From Chthoniobacterales bacterium (GTDB taxonomy: Bacteria; Verrucomicrobiota; Verrucomicrobiia; Chthoniobacterales; JAATET01), in contig JAATET010000132.1 of the NCBI GenBank assembly GCA_015655545.1, forward strand, positions 13,773 to 77,772: a DNA stretch of 64,000 nucleotides, in the 5' to 3' direction. The notes under the pieces are model-generated. The model ran no database searches, was not told where the DNA came from, and saw nothing but the letters and a program-made list of their open reading frames with translations. The position numbers were made by a program, and so were the translations under genes. Below are positions 44,771 to 54,519 of the stretch, piece after piece (the stretch's first letter is position 1; the number at the start of each line of letters is the position of its first letter).

Positions 44771-46117
44771 ATGACTGGCCTTCTCGATAAAATCTTCCAC
44801 CTCCGCAAGCACGGCACCACCACCGGCCGCGAGATCGTGGCCGGCTTCACCACCTTTGCCGCGATGGCCTACATCCTCGCGGTCAATCCGGAAATTCTTT
44901 CCCAGGCCGGCATGCCCGAGGGCGCCCTGGTTACCGCCACCGCCGTGGGCGCGGCTCTGGCCACCTTGCTCATGGCCGCGCTGACGAATTTCCCCATCGC
45001 GCTCGCGCCGGGCATGGGCATCAACGCCTTTTTCGCATTCTCGATCTGCATCGCGATGAAGATTCCGTGGCCCAGCGCCCTCGGCATGGTCTTCGTAAAC
45101 GGCTGCATCTTCCTCCTGCTCTCGGTCACCGGCGTGCGCGAAAAAATCATCGACGCCATTCCGCACTCGCTGAAGATCGCGGTCACGGCGGGCATCGGAT
45201 TTTTTATCGCTTTCATCGGACTGCAAAATGGCGGCCTCGTGGTCGCAAACCCCGCCACCATGGTCGCGATGGGCGACCTCGGCACCGCCTCGGTGGCGCT
45301 CTTCTTCGGCGGCCTGCTGCTGACCGCGGCGCTAATCGTGATGCGTGTTCCCGGTGCCATCCTGATCGCGATTTTCGCCATCACCATCGCCGGAGCCTTC
45401 GTTTCCGACGGCAAAGGCGGCCACCTCACCCAATGGCCCGCCGCCATCGTATCCGCGCCCGCCTCGCTCGAGCCCATCTTCCTCAAGCTGAACTTTCATC
45501 TTTTCACGCTCGATCCCCTCCGCGCCGCCGCGCTCACGCTCACGCTGCTCATGGTCGATATGTTCGACAACATCGGCTCGCTCATCGCCGTCACCCGCCG
45601 CGCGGGCCTGCTCGGTCCCGACGGCAAAATCCCGCGCGTCGGTCGCGCGCTCGTCGCGGATTCCTCCGCCGCCATTTGCAGCTCGCTCCTCGGCACCTCG
45701 ACCGTCGTCACCTACATCGAGTCGGCCACGGGCGTGCAGGCAGGCGGGCGCACGGGGCTCACCGCTGTCGTCACCGCCTTTTGCTTTCTCGCCGCGTTGG
45801 TCTTCACGCCATTGTTTCTTGCGATCCCCGCCGTCGCCATCGCGCCGGCATTGGTCATGGTCGGCGTGTTCATGTTCGAAGCCGTCACCGATCTCGACCC
45901 GCGCGACCTGGTCGATTTCGTGCCGGCGGTGCTGACGATCATCATGATGCCCCTCGCGTTCAGCATCAGCACCGGAATGGGCATCGGCATCCTCGTGCTG
46001 GTCGTCCTCGCGCTGGCCGCGGGACGGCGCGACCGGTTGCACCCAGTCATCCTCGCCCTTGCGGCGGTCTTCCTGCTGCACTTTCTGGAAGGCCCGCTGC
46101 TTGCGGCCTGGAAATAG
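44771..46117 (+). CDS. NCS2/AzgA-family purine (adenine/guanine/hypoxanthine) permease
   Basis: 448 aa. 'TTTGREIVAGFTTFAAMAYILAVNP', 'APGMGINAFFAF' and 'TYIESATGV'. Confidence 0.85.
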   Translation: MTGLLDKIFHLRKHGTTTGREIVAGFTTFAAMAYILAVNPEILSQAGMPEGALVTATAVGAALATLLMAALTNFPIALAPGMGINAFFAFSICIAMKIPWPSALGMVFVNGCIFLLLSVTGVREKIIDAIPHSLKIAVTAGIGFFIAFIGLQNGGLVVANPATMVAMGDLGTASVALFFGGLLLTAALIVMRVPGAILIAIFAITIAGAFVSDGKGGHLTQWPAAIVSAPASLEPIFLKLNFHLFTLDPLRAAALTLTLLMVDMFDNIGSLIAVTRRAGLLGPDGKIPRVGRALVADSSAAICSSLLGTSTVVTYIESATGVQAGGRTGLTAVVTAFCFLAALVFTPLFLAIPAVAIAPALVMVGVFMFEAVTDLDPRDLVDFVPAVLTIIMMPLAFSISTGMGIGILVLVVLALAAGRRDRLHPVILALAAVFLLHFLEGPLLAAWK

Positions 46118-46162
46118 TTTTCGTTGGCGGCGAAGCGCGCCCGCGCCTAGCATTCCCGGCAA

Positions 46163-47152
46163 ATGCCCAAACTCGAAACCCTCGAGGCCATTTACCGCCG
46201 CCCGCTTTTCGATCTCCTCGCGGATTCACGCCGTGTTCACGCCGACCATTGGCGCGACAACGAAATGCAGCTCTGCACCCTGCTCAGCGTCAAAACCGGC
46301 GGCTGCAGCGAGGACTGCGGCTATTGCGCCCAAAGCGCCCGCTACAACACCGACGTGAAGGCTGGCAAGCTGATGACGACGGACGAAGTGCTGCCGATCG
46401 CGAAACAAGCCGCGGCGAGCGGCGCCACGCGATTTTGCATGGGCGCCGCGTGGAAGGGCGTGCGCGACGGCGATGCGAAATTCGACCAGGTGCTCGATAC
46501 CGTCCGCGAGGTCAGCAAGCTCGGCATGGAAGTCTGCGTGACCCTCGGCCAGCTCGGCGATGCCGAGGCTCAAAAGCTCCGCGAAGCCGGCGTCACCGCC
46601 TACAATCACAACATCGACACCAGCCCCGAGCACTACGCGAGCATCGTCAGCACCCACACGTTCCAGGATCGCCTGAATACCATCGGCGCCGTCCAGCGCG
46701 CCGGCATGGCCGTCTGCTGCGGCGGCATCCTCGGCCTCGGCGAGACCGAGACCGACCGCCTGCGCATGCTCGAAGTGCTCTGCTCATTCGATCCGCCGCC
46801 GGAAAGCGTGCCGATCAACTGCCTCATGCCCATGGCCGGCACGCCGCTCGCGAATACGAAGCCGATCGACATCTTCGAGCTCGTGCGCCTCATCGCCACC
46901 ACGCGCATCGTCCTGCCGAAGGCCAAAATCCGCCTCTCCGCCGGCCGCTCGCTCCTCTCCCGTGAAGCGCAGGCGCTCTGCTTCTTCGCCGGCGCGAACT
47001 CCATTTTCTACGGCGAAAAACTGCTCACCGCCCCGAACCCGGAGGCCGATGAAGACATCGCACTGCTGCGCGATTTGGGTCTCAGCCCGCAAGCGCCCTA
47101 CAGCGATCTGCCCCGCCCCGAAAGCCTCGACCCACAACCCGCGCTCGCATGA
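46163..47152 (+). CDS. bioB: Biotin synthase
   Basis: Radical-SAM 'GGCSEDCGYCAQS', 'RFCMGAAW', 'YNHNIDTS' and 'CCGGILGLGE'. Confidence 0.9.
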   Translation: MPKLETLEAIYRRPLFDLLADSRRVHADHWRDNEMQLCTLLSVKTGGCSEDCGYCAQSARYNTDVKAGKLMTTDEVLPIAKQAAASGATRFCMGAAWKGVRDGDAKFDQVLDTVREVSKLGMEVCVTLGQLGDAEAQKLREAGVTAYNHNIDTSPEHYASIVSTHTFQDRLNTIGAVQRAGMAVCCGGILGLGETETDRLRMLEVLCSFDPPPESVPINCLMPMAGTPLANTKPIDIFELVRLIATTRIVLPKAKIRLSAGRSLLSREAQALCFFAGANSIFYGEKLLTAPNPEADEDIALLRDLGLSPQAPYSDLPRPESLDPQPALA

Positions 47153-47607
47153 AAATCTCCATCGGTTCCGACCACGCCGGCTACGCTTACAAACAGCGCA
47201 TCATCGGGCACCTCCAGGAAAAGGGCCACGAAGTCCTCGACTGCGGCACGCATTCGCCGGAATCCACGGACTACCCGCTCTGGATCATCCCGGCTGCCGA
47301 AGCGGTCGCAAAAGGCGCCGCGGAAAAAGGCATCGTGATCGGCGGCTCGGGCAACGGCGAAGCCATCGCCGCAAACAAGGTGAAAGGCGTGCGCTGCGGG
47401 CTCGTGTGGTGCAACCAAACCGCGGAATTTTGCCGCAGGCATAACGACGCCAACGTCATCTCGATCGGCCAGCGCATGACCTCGATCGAGATCGCGCTCG
47501 ACTGCGTGGACATCTTTCTAGCGACCCCCTTCGAAGGCGGACGCCACCAGCACCGCATCGACGAGCTCAGCCACTACGAACAGACTGGCGAGCTGCGGAA
47601 GGCGTGA
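47149..47607 (+). CDS. rpiB: Ribose-5-phosphate isomerase B
   Basis: 152 aa. 'MKISIGSDHAGY...GIVIGGSGNGEAIAANKVKGVRC'. ATGA overlap with bioB. Confidence 0.9.
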   Translation: MKISIGSDHAGYAYKQRIIGHLQEKGHEVLDCGTHSPESTDYPLWIIPAAEAVAKGAAEKGIVIGGSGNGEAIAANKVKGVRCGLVWCNQTAEFCRRHNDANVISIGQRMTSIEIALDCVDIFLATPFEGGRHQHRIDELSHYEQTGELRKA

Positions 47608-47735
47608 TCGGTCGCGCACGCGGCAGAAAAAACCGGAAGATTCGCCGGTGATTCTTGACGCGAACGCAGAAAAGAATAACCCCGGGGGAGCGTTTCCCCG
47701 GCGGGAGCCATCCCCGCCGTGGACGGATTGACTCC

Positions 47736-49172
47736 ATGAAGTTTTCCTTTTTCCCGCTGCTCATTTTTCCGCTGGTCACGGCGGCGGCGCAAACCGGCAG
47801 CGACGGGACGGACGCGCTCTTCCAAAAAAATTGCGCATCGTGCCACGGCGCCGCGTGGGAAGGAGGAAAAGGCGGCTCTCTCCTCCGCGATCGTTGGAAG
47901 TATTTCACCGACGACGACGAAGCGGCCGGCCTGGCGCGCGTCATTCAAAAAGGAATTCCGGAAATCGGCATGCCGCCGTTCGCCGGCACCTTGAGCGAGG
48001 CGGAAATTCATTCTCTCGTGGCACTCATCGAGCGGCGGCGGCGGCAGGATCGCGAGCGGCGGAGGAATCAACCGCCACCGGCCGCAAACCGCATTTATCG
48101 GGCCGGCCCGTATGCGTTTTGCCTGGGGACGATCACGAGTTCCCCCAACGAAATCTGGGCGCTCGCGTTCCTGCCGGACGGTCGCATGCTTTACACCGAG
48201 AAGCAGGGCGAGCTTCACTTGATCGATCCGGCCCACCCCGGGACCAATCTGCGCATCGAGGGCACGCCCGCCGTCTGGAACTTCGGCCTCGGCGGGCTGT
48301 TAAACGTGGTGCCGCACCCCGATTACGCCAAGAATGGCTGGATTTATCTCACCTATACGGAAGGCCACACGAGCATCTGGGGCCGGACGCGGGGGATGCT
48401 CGCCGTCGTGCGCGGACGGATTCAGGACGGAAAATGGACCGATCAACAGGACTTATTCCATCTGCCGGACAGATTTTTTTCCACCAGCGGAGACCACGTG
48501 GGATGCCGCCTCGTTATCAAAGACGGTTTCGTTTTCTTCAGTATCGGAGACCGCGGCTCGAGCACTTCCGCCCAGAATCTCGCCAGTCCGAACGGGAAAA
48601 TTTTCCGGCTCACCGAGGACGGAAAAATTCCGACGGACAATCCCTTCCCAAACAGCGACGGTCCGCTTGCGGCGATCTGGTCCTACGGCCACCGCAACCC
48701 CCAGGGACTCGCCTTCCAGCCCGGCACCGGAATTCTGTGGGAGGCCGAGCATGGCCCGCACGGCGGGGACGAAATCAATGTGATCGACCGCGGCAAAAAC
48801 TACGGCTGGCCCATCGTCAGCGACGGCATGGAAGACCATGGCGGCCCGCCCACCTCCCAAATGCCGCAAGACGGCATGGAGCAGCCGAAGCTCTCGTGGA
48901 CACCGGCGATCGCCGTCTGCGACATCGCCTTTTACGAAGGAGATATATTTCCGCTGTGGCGCGGGAGCCTTTTTGCCGGCGGCCTCCATTCGGAGGAGCT
49001 GCACCGGTTGACGCTCGCCGGCCAGGCCGTGGTCGACGATCAAATCGTTCTCGGCGGCGAAGGGCGCATTCGCGATGTCGTGAACGGTCCGGACGGAACG
49101 CTCTACCTCGTCCTGAACTCACCGCGCGGCGACGAGAGCAGGATCGTGCGCCTGGTTCCCATCCAGCCCTAG
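47736..49172 (+). CDS. Periplasmic cytochrome c domain fused to a PQQ-dependent (soluble glucose/sorbosone-type) sugar dehydrogenase
   Basis: ATG at 47736 with signal peptide 'MKFSFFPLLIFPLVTAAA'. Haem motif 'CASCH' plus distal 'GMPPF'. Beta-propeller 'GHRNPQGLAFQPGTGILWEAEHGPHGGDEINVIDRGKNYGWP'. Confidence 0.8.
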   Translation: MKFSFFPLLIFPLVTAAAQTGSDGTDALFQKNCASCHGAAWEGGKGGSLLRDRWKYFTDDDEAAGLARVIQKGIPEIGMPPFAGTLSEAEIHSLVALIERRRRQDRERRRNQPPPAANRIYRAGPYAFCLGTITSSPNEIWALAFLPDGRMLYTEKQGELHLIDPAHPGTNLRIEGTPAVWNFGLGGLLNVVPHPDYAKNGWIYLTYTEGHTSIWGRTRGMLAVVRGRIQDGKWTDQQDLFHLPDRFFSTSGDHVGCRLVIKDGFVFFSIGDRGSSTSAQNLASPNGKIFRLTEDGKIPTDNPFPNSDGPLAAIWSYGHRNPQGLAFQPGTGILWEAEHGPHGGDEINVIDRGKNYGWPIVSDGMEDHGGPPTSQMPQDGMEQPKLSWTPAIAVCDIAFYEGDIFPLWRGSLFAGGLHSEELHRLTLAGQAVVDDQIVLGGEGRIRDVVNGPDGTLYLVLNSPRGDESRIVRLVPIQP

Positions 49173-49198
49173 AGCCAGGCCCGCCAGCGGCGCGGGGC

Positions 49199-50599
49199 TC
49201 AGCCGCCGTAGGAGCCTTCGACCCGCTCGGCGACATCCTTGTAGCCGTAATCGACTTCGTAGATCTGCTTCATCGCGTTGATCGACTTTTCCTTGTCGCC
49301 CATTTTTTCGTAAAGGATGCCGAGGCTGTAAACGATCTCCTTCTTGATGCTGTCCATCGCGAGGAGCTCGCTGGCGGCGTCTTCGAGCGTCTTGGCGGCG
49401 AGATCGAGCATGTTGCGCTCGATGAAACATTTGCCGAGCAGGTTCATCGCCCGCAGGCGGACGTTGGGATTCTGCCGGGCCTTTTGCAGCTCGGGGATCG
49501 CGTCCTTGTATTCGCCGAGGCGCACGAGAATCTCGCCCAGTTCGAAGCGGAACATGAGATCCGTCGGGTTGCGCTCGACGCGCTGCCGGGCCTCCTGAAG
49601 CTCCATTTTGGCGCGTTCCAGCTTGATCGTCTCGAGCTGCTCGCGGGCCTGCACGGCTTCCGGTGCGCTGGGATCGGCGGCGGCGAGGTAGGTCTCGAAT
49701 TGCTCGATGCTCGTGTCGTATTGCTTGATGCGCAGGTCGGCGGCTTTGCGCACGAGCGCGGCGTCGGTGTTGTTCGAGAGACCGGCGGCGTAGGTGAACC
49801 ACTGCACGGCGTTCTCGAGATCTTCCTTCTGCTCGTAGAGCTCGGCGATCTTGCGCGCGGTATCGACGCTTTGCGGATTTTCCTCGTAAACTTTGCCGAG
49901 CTCGCCGAGCTGCTGGTCGATCATTTCCGCGCTGCGCACGACGCGGCCCTGCTGCTCGAGCGAGGTGGCGGTGGCGGAATTGTGAAGCAGGTCGCGGTAG
50001 GTCGCGCCTTCTTTCTCCCATCCGCCGCTTTTCATGGAAGCGCGGGCGGAGGCATCCTTGCCAGCCTTCATGGCGATGAGGTCCGTGGGATTGATCTCGA
50101 CGATCCGGTTGTAAATCTCGACCGCCTTGTCGGCGGCGTCCTGCGAGAGATAATGCTTGGCAAGCTCGTGCAGCATTTTGATGTCGCGCGGGGCGCCCTG
50201 CATGATGGTCTCGAGCGCGAAGGTCGCGGTCTCGGGCATGGTCGCGGCCAGCGCGGCGTCACGCAGCAGGAGATTCACCTGCTGGCTCTGCGGCTCGTTT
50301 TCGAGCAGCTTCTCGATTTCGACGATCGCCGCGAGCGGATCCTTCTTGATCGTTCCGGAAATTTTCATCGCGGAAAACGACGCTCCCGAGAGCATGCTTT
50401 TCCTGCCGGTGGCGGCCGCTTTATGGATGGCGGCCTTGCGCAGCAGTTGACGGCCCGAGAGAAAATCCGGCTCCTGCTTGAGCACTCCCTGCAGGAGTTG
50501 AATCACGTAGCCGTAGTTTTTCAGCTGCATCGCACTGAGGGCTTTCAGCCAGGTGGCGCGATACTGTTCGGGGAGTTCTTTTTCGGTCTTAACAGCCAT
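49199..50599 (-). CDS. Tetratricopeptide-repeat protein
   Basis: 466 aa from the ATG at 50599 (MAVKTEKELPEQY...). Multiple TPR-like helical pairs. The track start at 50797 is over-extended. Confidence 0.7.
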   Translation of the reverse strand: MAVKTEKELPEQYRATWLKALSAMQLKNYGYVIQLLQGVLKQEPDFLSGRQLLRKAAIHKAAATGRKSMLSGASFSAMKISGTIKKDPLAAIVEIEKLLENEPQSQQVNLLLRDAALAATMPETATFALETIMQGAPRDIKMLHELAKHYLSQDAADKAVEIYNRIVEINPTDLIAMKAGKDASARASMKSGGWEKEGATYRDLLHNSATATSLEQQGRVVRSAEMIDQQLGELGKVYEENPQSVDTARKIAELYEQKEDLENAVQWFTYAAGLSNNTDAALVRKAADLRIKQYDTSIEQFETYLAAADPSAPEAVQAREQLETIKLERAKMELQEARQRVERNPTDLMFRFELGEILVRLGEYKDAIPELQKARQNPNVRLRAMNLLGKCFIERNMLDLAAKTLEDAASELLAMDSIKKEIVYSLGILYEKMGDKEKSINAMKQIYEVDYGYKDVAERVEGSYGG

Positions 50600-50824
50600 A
50601 AAACGGAATGTCCAATGTGCGCGAGACAGCGGCGCTTGCAAAGTTGTTTTCATTACGGCGATGCAAAATTCGTGCGCCCGCCACCCTTCGTCCCACTCGC
50701 AATCCGGCGAAGTTCCTCCCGCGCATGGCGTAGGAAATCCGCCGTCCCGTGCGCGTAAAGCACGATAAATAAAACGTCGCCGCCACGAACGGCACAAATC
50801 ACCCGACCCAGCTCAGAATCCGGC

Positions 50825-51766
50825 TCACGCCGGCTCCCACGCCGCGTGGATCGAAAACCCCGCGCGCAGACTGCCCGCGGCCGGAATGACCTGGATGCCA
50901 TCCTTCTGCTCGAAAGGCTTTTGCGGATTGCTATCCGGCAGACCCCAGCACGGCTCGACACAGATCATCGACTCGCCCTCGCTCCACAACGTGCAATACG
51001 GCACCTCGGAAAAATCGAGCACCACGGACGTGCCGCCCGCGACGTCTCGCACCGTGAAGAGCCGGGCCGGCACCGTGGCCAGCTCGAGCAAATACGAGCC
51101 CGGCAACTCCGCCTTGTCGAACGGCATCGGCCCCCCGGCATGCGGCACGACATCGACTTTTCCGTTGAGAAAATTCCCCGGCGCCCAATGCCGCCGATAG
51201 ACGCCCTCGGGCAGCAGCACCTCCGCCGTTTCGAGCGAAGTCAGCGCAAAGCCCGGATGCAATCCAAAGCTCACGTGCGCCTCGAGCTCCGGCTCCTCGT
51301 TCGTAAAAATAAATTCCACCCGCACACCATCCGGCAGCAGATGGTAGCTCAGCGCGAGCGAGACCTTCAGCGGATAGGCGCCGGCCGGGATGCGCTCCGC
51401 CGCCACGCGGTAAGTCAGCGCGGAGGTTGCGGGGTCGAACGTCGGCGCTTCGAAATCGAAACCTCGCAGGAAACCGTGATTTCCCCCGCGAATCTCGACG
51501 CCGCGATACAGCGAGCGTTCCCCGACCAGCCGATGCAGAAAATACCCCATCACCGTCGCGTGATTTCCCCAGCCGCTCGCGGGCGGGCCGGTTTCGTTAT
51601 CACGGTAGAGAAATCCGCGCCACCCCCCGCCGCCGCCCTCAAGCCGCGCGAGGCTCACCATTTCCGCGCCCCTCCGCCGCAGCCGCAGGCGCACGCCCGT
51701 CACGTCGTTCTGCAACACGTCATAAGTGCCAAATTCGTCCGCCTCGACCTGATAAATACAACTCAT
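50825..51766 (-). CDS. Aldose 1-epimerase (galactose mutarotase-like) family protein
   Basis: 313 aa. 'GGNHGFLRG', 'SFGLHPGF' and 'ICVEPCWG' are typical of the mutarotase-fold family. Confidence 0.7.
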   Translation of the reverse strand: MSCIYQVEADEFGTYDVLQNDVTGVRLRLRRRGAEMVSLARLEGGGGGWRGFLYRDNETGPPASGWGNHATVMGYFLHRLVGERSLYRGVEIRGGNHGFLRGFDFEAPTFDPATSALTYRVAAERIPAGAYPLKVSLALSYHLLPDGVRVEFIFTNEEPELEAHVSFGLHPGFALTSLETAEVLLPEGVYRRHWAPGNFLNGKVDVVPHAGGPMPFDKAELPGSYLLELATVPARLFTVRDVAGGTSVVLDFSEVPYCTLWSEGESMICVEPCWGLPDSNPQKPFEQKDGIQVIPAAGSLRAGFSIHAAWEPA

Positions 51767-51856
51767 GGAGATGACACGGGACTTACAGAAATCCGCCCGT
51801 CCGCGCGAGTGGTTTCGAGCGGCGCGAATCGATCGCGCGTGCTAAAAGCTCGGGTA

Positions 51857-52249
51857 ATGAAATCGCGCGACCCCGCATTGCAGGAACGCATGGCCCGCCT
51901 CGGCATTCGCGAGGCGGACCTCCGCGTCGTCTGCACGCGCTCGAGCGGCCCCGGCGGCCAGCATGTGAACAAAACCGAGAGCGCCGTCGAAATCACCCAT
52001 CTTCCGAGTGGTGCCGTGGCCTGTGCCAGCGATTCCCGCTCCCAGCACACGAACCGTTCCCTCGCCCTCCAGCGCCTCGTCGAGAAACTCGAGGCGCGGC
52101 GCGCAGAGGCCGCGCAGGCGCGGAAAGCAGAGCTCTCCAAGCACCGGCGCCAGCGCGCAAAACGCAGCTATGGCACGAAGCAGGAGATGCTCCGGGACAA
52201 ACGCCACCGCGGAGAAACGAAAAAACTGCGCGGCCGCATCGCGGATTAG
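51857..52249 (+). CDS. arfB: ArfB-like GGQ-motif peptidyl-tRNA hydrolase (alternative ribosome-rescue factor / RF-1-domain protein)
   Basis: 130 aa. '[25 protein letters not shown]...[14 protein letters not shown]' plus the basic C-terminal tail '[33 protein letters not shown]'. Confidence 0.75.
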   Translation: MKSRDPALQERMARLGIREADLRVVCTRSSGPGGQHVNKTESAVEITHLPSGAVACASDSRSQHTNRSLALQRLVEKLEARRAEAAQARKAELSKHRRQRAKRSYGTKQEMLRDKRHRGETKKLRGRIAD

Positions 52250-52423
52250 CGGTCGTCGGTTCTCCTTCGACCACAAGCCGGCAATTTCCCGCTGCCCGCG
52301 ACAGGGCTTGTCGAAAACTATCACATGCGGCTGTGGTGGCACCGGCCCAATTCCGAGGGACGCCCGATAACCCGCAAGGTTGCCGCCGACAGAATTTCGA
52401 TTTGACCAGAATTGATTGTGTCG

Positions 52424-52445
52424 TAAGTGAGTGAGCACTCACTTA
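52424..52445. promoter_or_regulatory. Candidate TetR operator (10-bp perfect arms, 2-bp spacer)
   Basis: 'TAAGTGAGTG-AG-CACTCACTTA'. Its last base is the A of the tetR ATG (52445). A TTGACC hexamer lies 16 nt upstream (52402-52407). Confidence 0.55.
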
Positions 52446-53050
52446 TGTCGCGTCCGAAAAAATATCACGATGAGGAAATTCTCAAGGCCGCCGCGGATGT
52501 GTTCCTCGAACAGGGCGCGGCCGCCGGAACGGCCGCGATCGCCAGGCGGGCGGGCGTGTCCGAAGGCGTCCTGTTCAAGCGTTTCAAAACCAAGGAAGCC
52601 CTGTTCAGGGCGGCATTGATGGCGGAGACGGAGTCGGATCAGTGGCGACAGATTCTGCTCGAAAGCGTCGGAAAGGGCACTCCGCACGGCAACTTGCAGA
52701 AGGCGATTGTGGCCCTGTTCGACAAACTTCGGAAATTCATTCCGAAATTGATGATTCTGGAGGGACAGGGCCATCTTCGCCCGTTTCCTGCAGGGGCGAA
52801 AGCTCCGCCCCTCGAAGACGCCAAAGCGATCGCCGCCTATTTGAAGAAGGAGATCAAGTTGGGGCGGTTGAAACTGGATCGGCCGGATCTTCACGCCCAT
52901 GAGATCGTGGGTGCGGTCGTGCATGGCACAATGCTTGAACTCCGCCACCAGATGGAGATCTGCACCCCCGGACGATGGGCTGACCACCTCGCGGAAACTC
53001 ATCTCGCAGAGAGCCATCGAGTCCAACCGGTCGCAAAAAAGCGCTCATGA
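52445..53050 (+). CDS. TetR-family transcriptional regulator
   Basis: 'EEILKAAADVFLEQGAAAGTAAIARRAGVSEGVLFKRFKTKEALF' is the TetR N-terminal HTH. I prefer the ATG at 52445 (MSRPKKYH...) over the GTG at 52427. Confidence 0.85.
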   Translation: MSRPKKYHDEEILKAAADVFLEQGAAAGTAAIARRAGVSEGVLFKRFKTKEALFRAALMAETESDQWRQILLESVGKGTPHGNLQKAIVALFDKLRKFIPKLMILEGQGHLRPFPAGAKAPPLEDAKAIAAYLKKEIKLGRLKLDRPDLHAHEIVGAVVHGTMLELRHQMEICTPGRWADHLAETHLAESHRVQPVAKKRS

Positions 53051-54519
53051 ACGTCTATCGCGCCCACGATTTTTTGATGGGAAGGCTCCTTGGGCGCGGA
53101 GTCCATTTCGCCACGCCTCGGCTGACGATCTTGCTGGCGATGGGCGGCCTGCTGACCGGCTGCGCCGTCAACCGCGATCAGTGGAAGAACGGCGTGCAGG
53201 TGCCCGCGAACTGGAAGGCTGGCACGCGTGGCTCGGGAACATTGGACACGACCGCCATTCGCCTGTGGTGGAAACGGTTCAACGACCCCGTTCTCGACGC
53301 GCTCATTGCGCAATCCCTCACCGCGAGCCCCGACATCAAGACCGCCCTGGCCAAAATCACCGAATCCCGCGGCGAGCGCAGCGTGCAGCTGGCCGGCCTC
53401 CTTCCTTCGGTCACCGGCAACACCTCGGACAACATCCAGCGCCGCGATCAGCAGAGCACCGGCTTGGTGACACGAACCGAGACCTATAATCTCTCCCTCG
53501 ACATGAGCTGGCAGGTCGACCTCTTCGGGCGTCAGCTCCAGAATCTCAAAGCCGCCACCAAGGACGTCGAGCAGACGGTCGAAAATTACTACGCCGCGCA
53601 GGTCACACTGACCGCCGACGTGGCCTCGGCCTACATCACGCTGCGAGGCACGCAGGCCCAGTTGGAAGTCTTGCAGCGCAACGTGGAAACCCGCCGCGAG
53701 ACCACGGAAATCACGCATTGGAAACAGGAGGCAGGCATCACTGATTCGCTCGAAGTCCAGCAGGCCGTCAGCACGCTCGAGCAGGCCCGCGCGTCGATCC
53801 CGGCCCTGCAACAGACGATTTCCGAAACCACGAACCAGCTCGCCGTCCTGTGCGGGCAGACGCCGGGCCAGCTCGACAGCCTTCTCGCCCGGTCTCGCTC
53901 GCTGCCGCCAGTGCCCGAAAAAACCGCGGCGGGCATTCCCGCCGAAGCCTTGAACAACCGCCCCGACGTGCAGGCCGCGGTGGACGGCGTCCTCGCGGCG
54001 TATCATCGCAAGACTGCCGCCGAACTGGCGCGCCTGCCGACCATCGACCTCGGCGGCTCACTCGGTCTCGAGGCGCTCCGCAACGGCACGCTCTTTTCGC
54101 CGGAGGCGGCGGCGCGAACGCTGGCGGGCAATTTGATGGCCAGCCTGGCGCAGCCGATTTTCGAGGGAGGCAGCATCACGGCGAATATCCGCATCAGCGA
54201 GTCTCAGGCGAAGCAGGCCGTCTACGGCTACGAGTCGACCGTTCTCACCGCCCTCTCCGAGGTGGAAAACGCGCTCGTTGCCATTCGCCGCATCTCGGAG
54301 CGTCTGGAGGTTCTGCGCAAGGCCGACGATGCCGCCACCGAAGCCTCCGAGCTCGCGACTCGCCAATACGAGGCGGGACAGGTCGACCTTCTCACGGTCC
54401 TCGATGTCCAGCGCACCCAGCTCAGCGTGGAGGAATCCCGCGCCACCACCGAGGCCGACCACCTCAACGCCTACGTCCAACTCTACAAATCGCTCGGCGG
54501 AGGATGGCAGCCTTTATGA
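53047..54519 (+). CDS. NodT/TolC-family outer-membrane efflux lipoprotein
   Basis: Lipobox 'LLTGC'. Two OEP repeats ('LIAQSLTASPDIKTA', 'EALNNRPDVQAA'). C-terminal 'YVQLYKSLGGGW'. Confidence 0.85.
   Translation: MNVYRAHDFLMGRLLGRGVHFATPRLTILLAMGGLLTGCAVNRDQWKNGVQVPANWKAGTRGSGTLDTTAIRLWWKRFNDPVLDALIAQSLTASPDIKTALAKITESRGERSVQLAGLLPSVTGNTSDNIQRRDQQSTGLVTRTETYNLSLDMSWQVDLFGRQLQNLKAATKDVEQTVENYYAAQVTLTADVASAYITLRGTQAQLEVLQRNVETRRETTEITHWKQEAGITDSLEVQQAVSTLEQARASIPALQQTISETTNQLAVLCGQTPGQLDSLLARSRSLPPVPEKTAAGIPAEALNNRPDVQAAVDGVLAAYHRKTAAELARLPTIDLGGSLGLEALRNGTLFSPEAAARTLAGNLMASLAQPIFEGGSITANIRISESQAKQAVYGYESTVLTALSEVENALVAIRRISERLEVLRKADDAATEASELATRQYEAGQVDLLTVLDVQRTQLSVEESRATTEADHLNAYVQLYKSLGGGWQPL

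Noticed and set aside
44580-44853. Short minus-strand ORFs (44580..44762, 44650..44853) and the tail of 44105..44758, encoding repetitive 'MRNAKWRMRNGK' / 'FRISHFEFRIF' peptides
   Set aside because: They are translations of the composite palindrome. The repetitiveness comes from the DNA sub-repeats, not from a protein-coding constraint.
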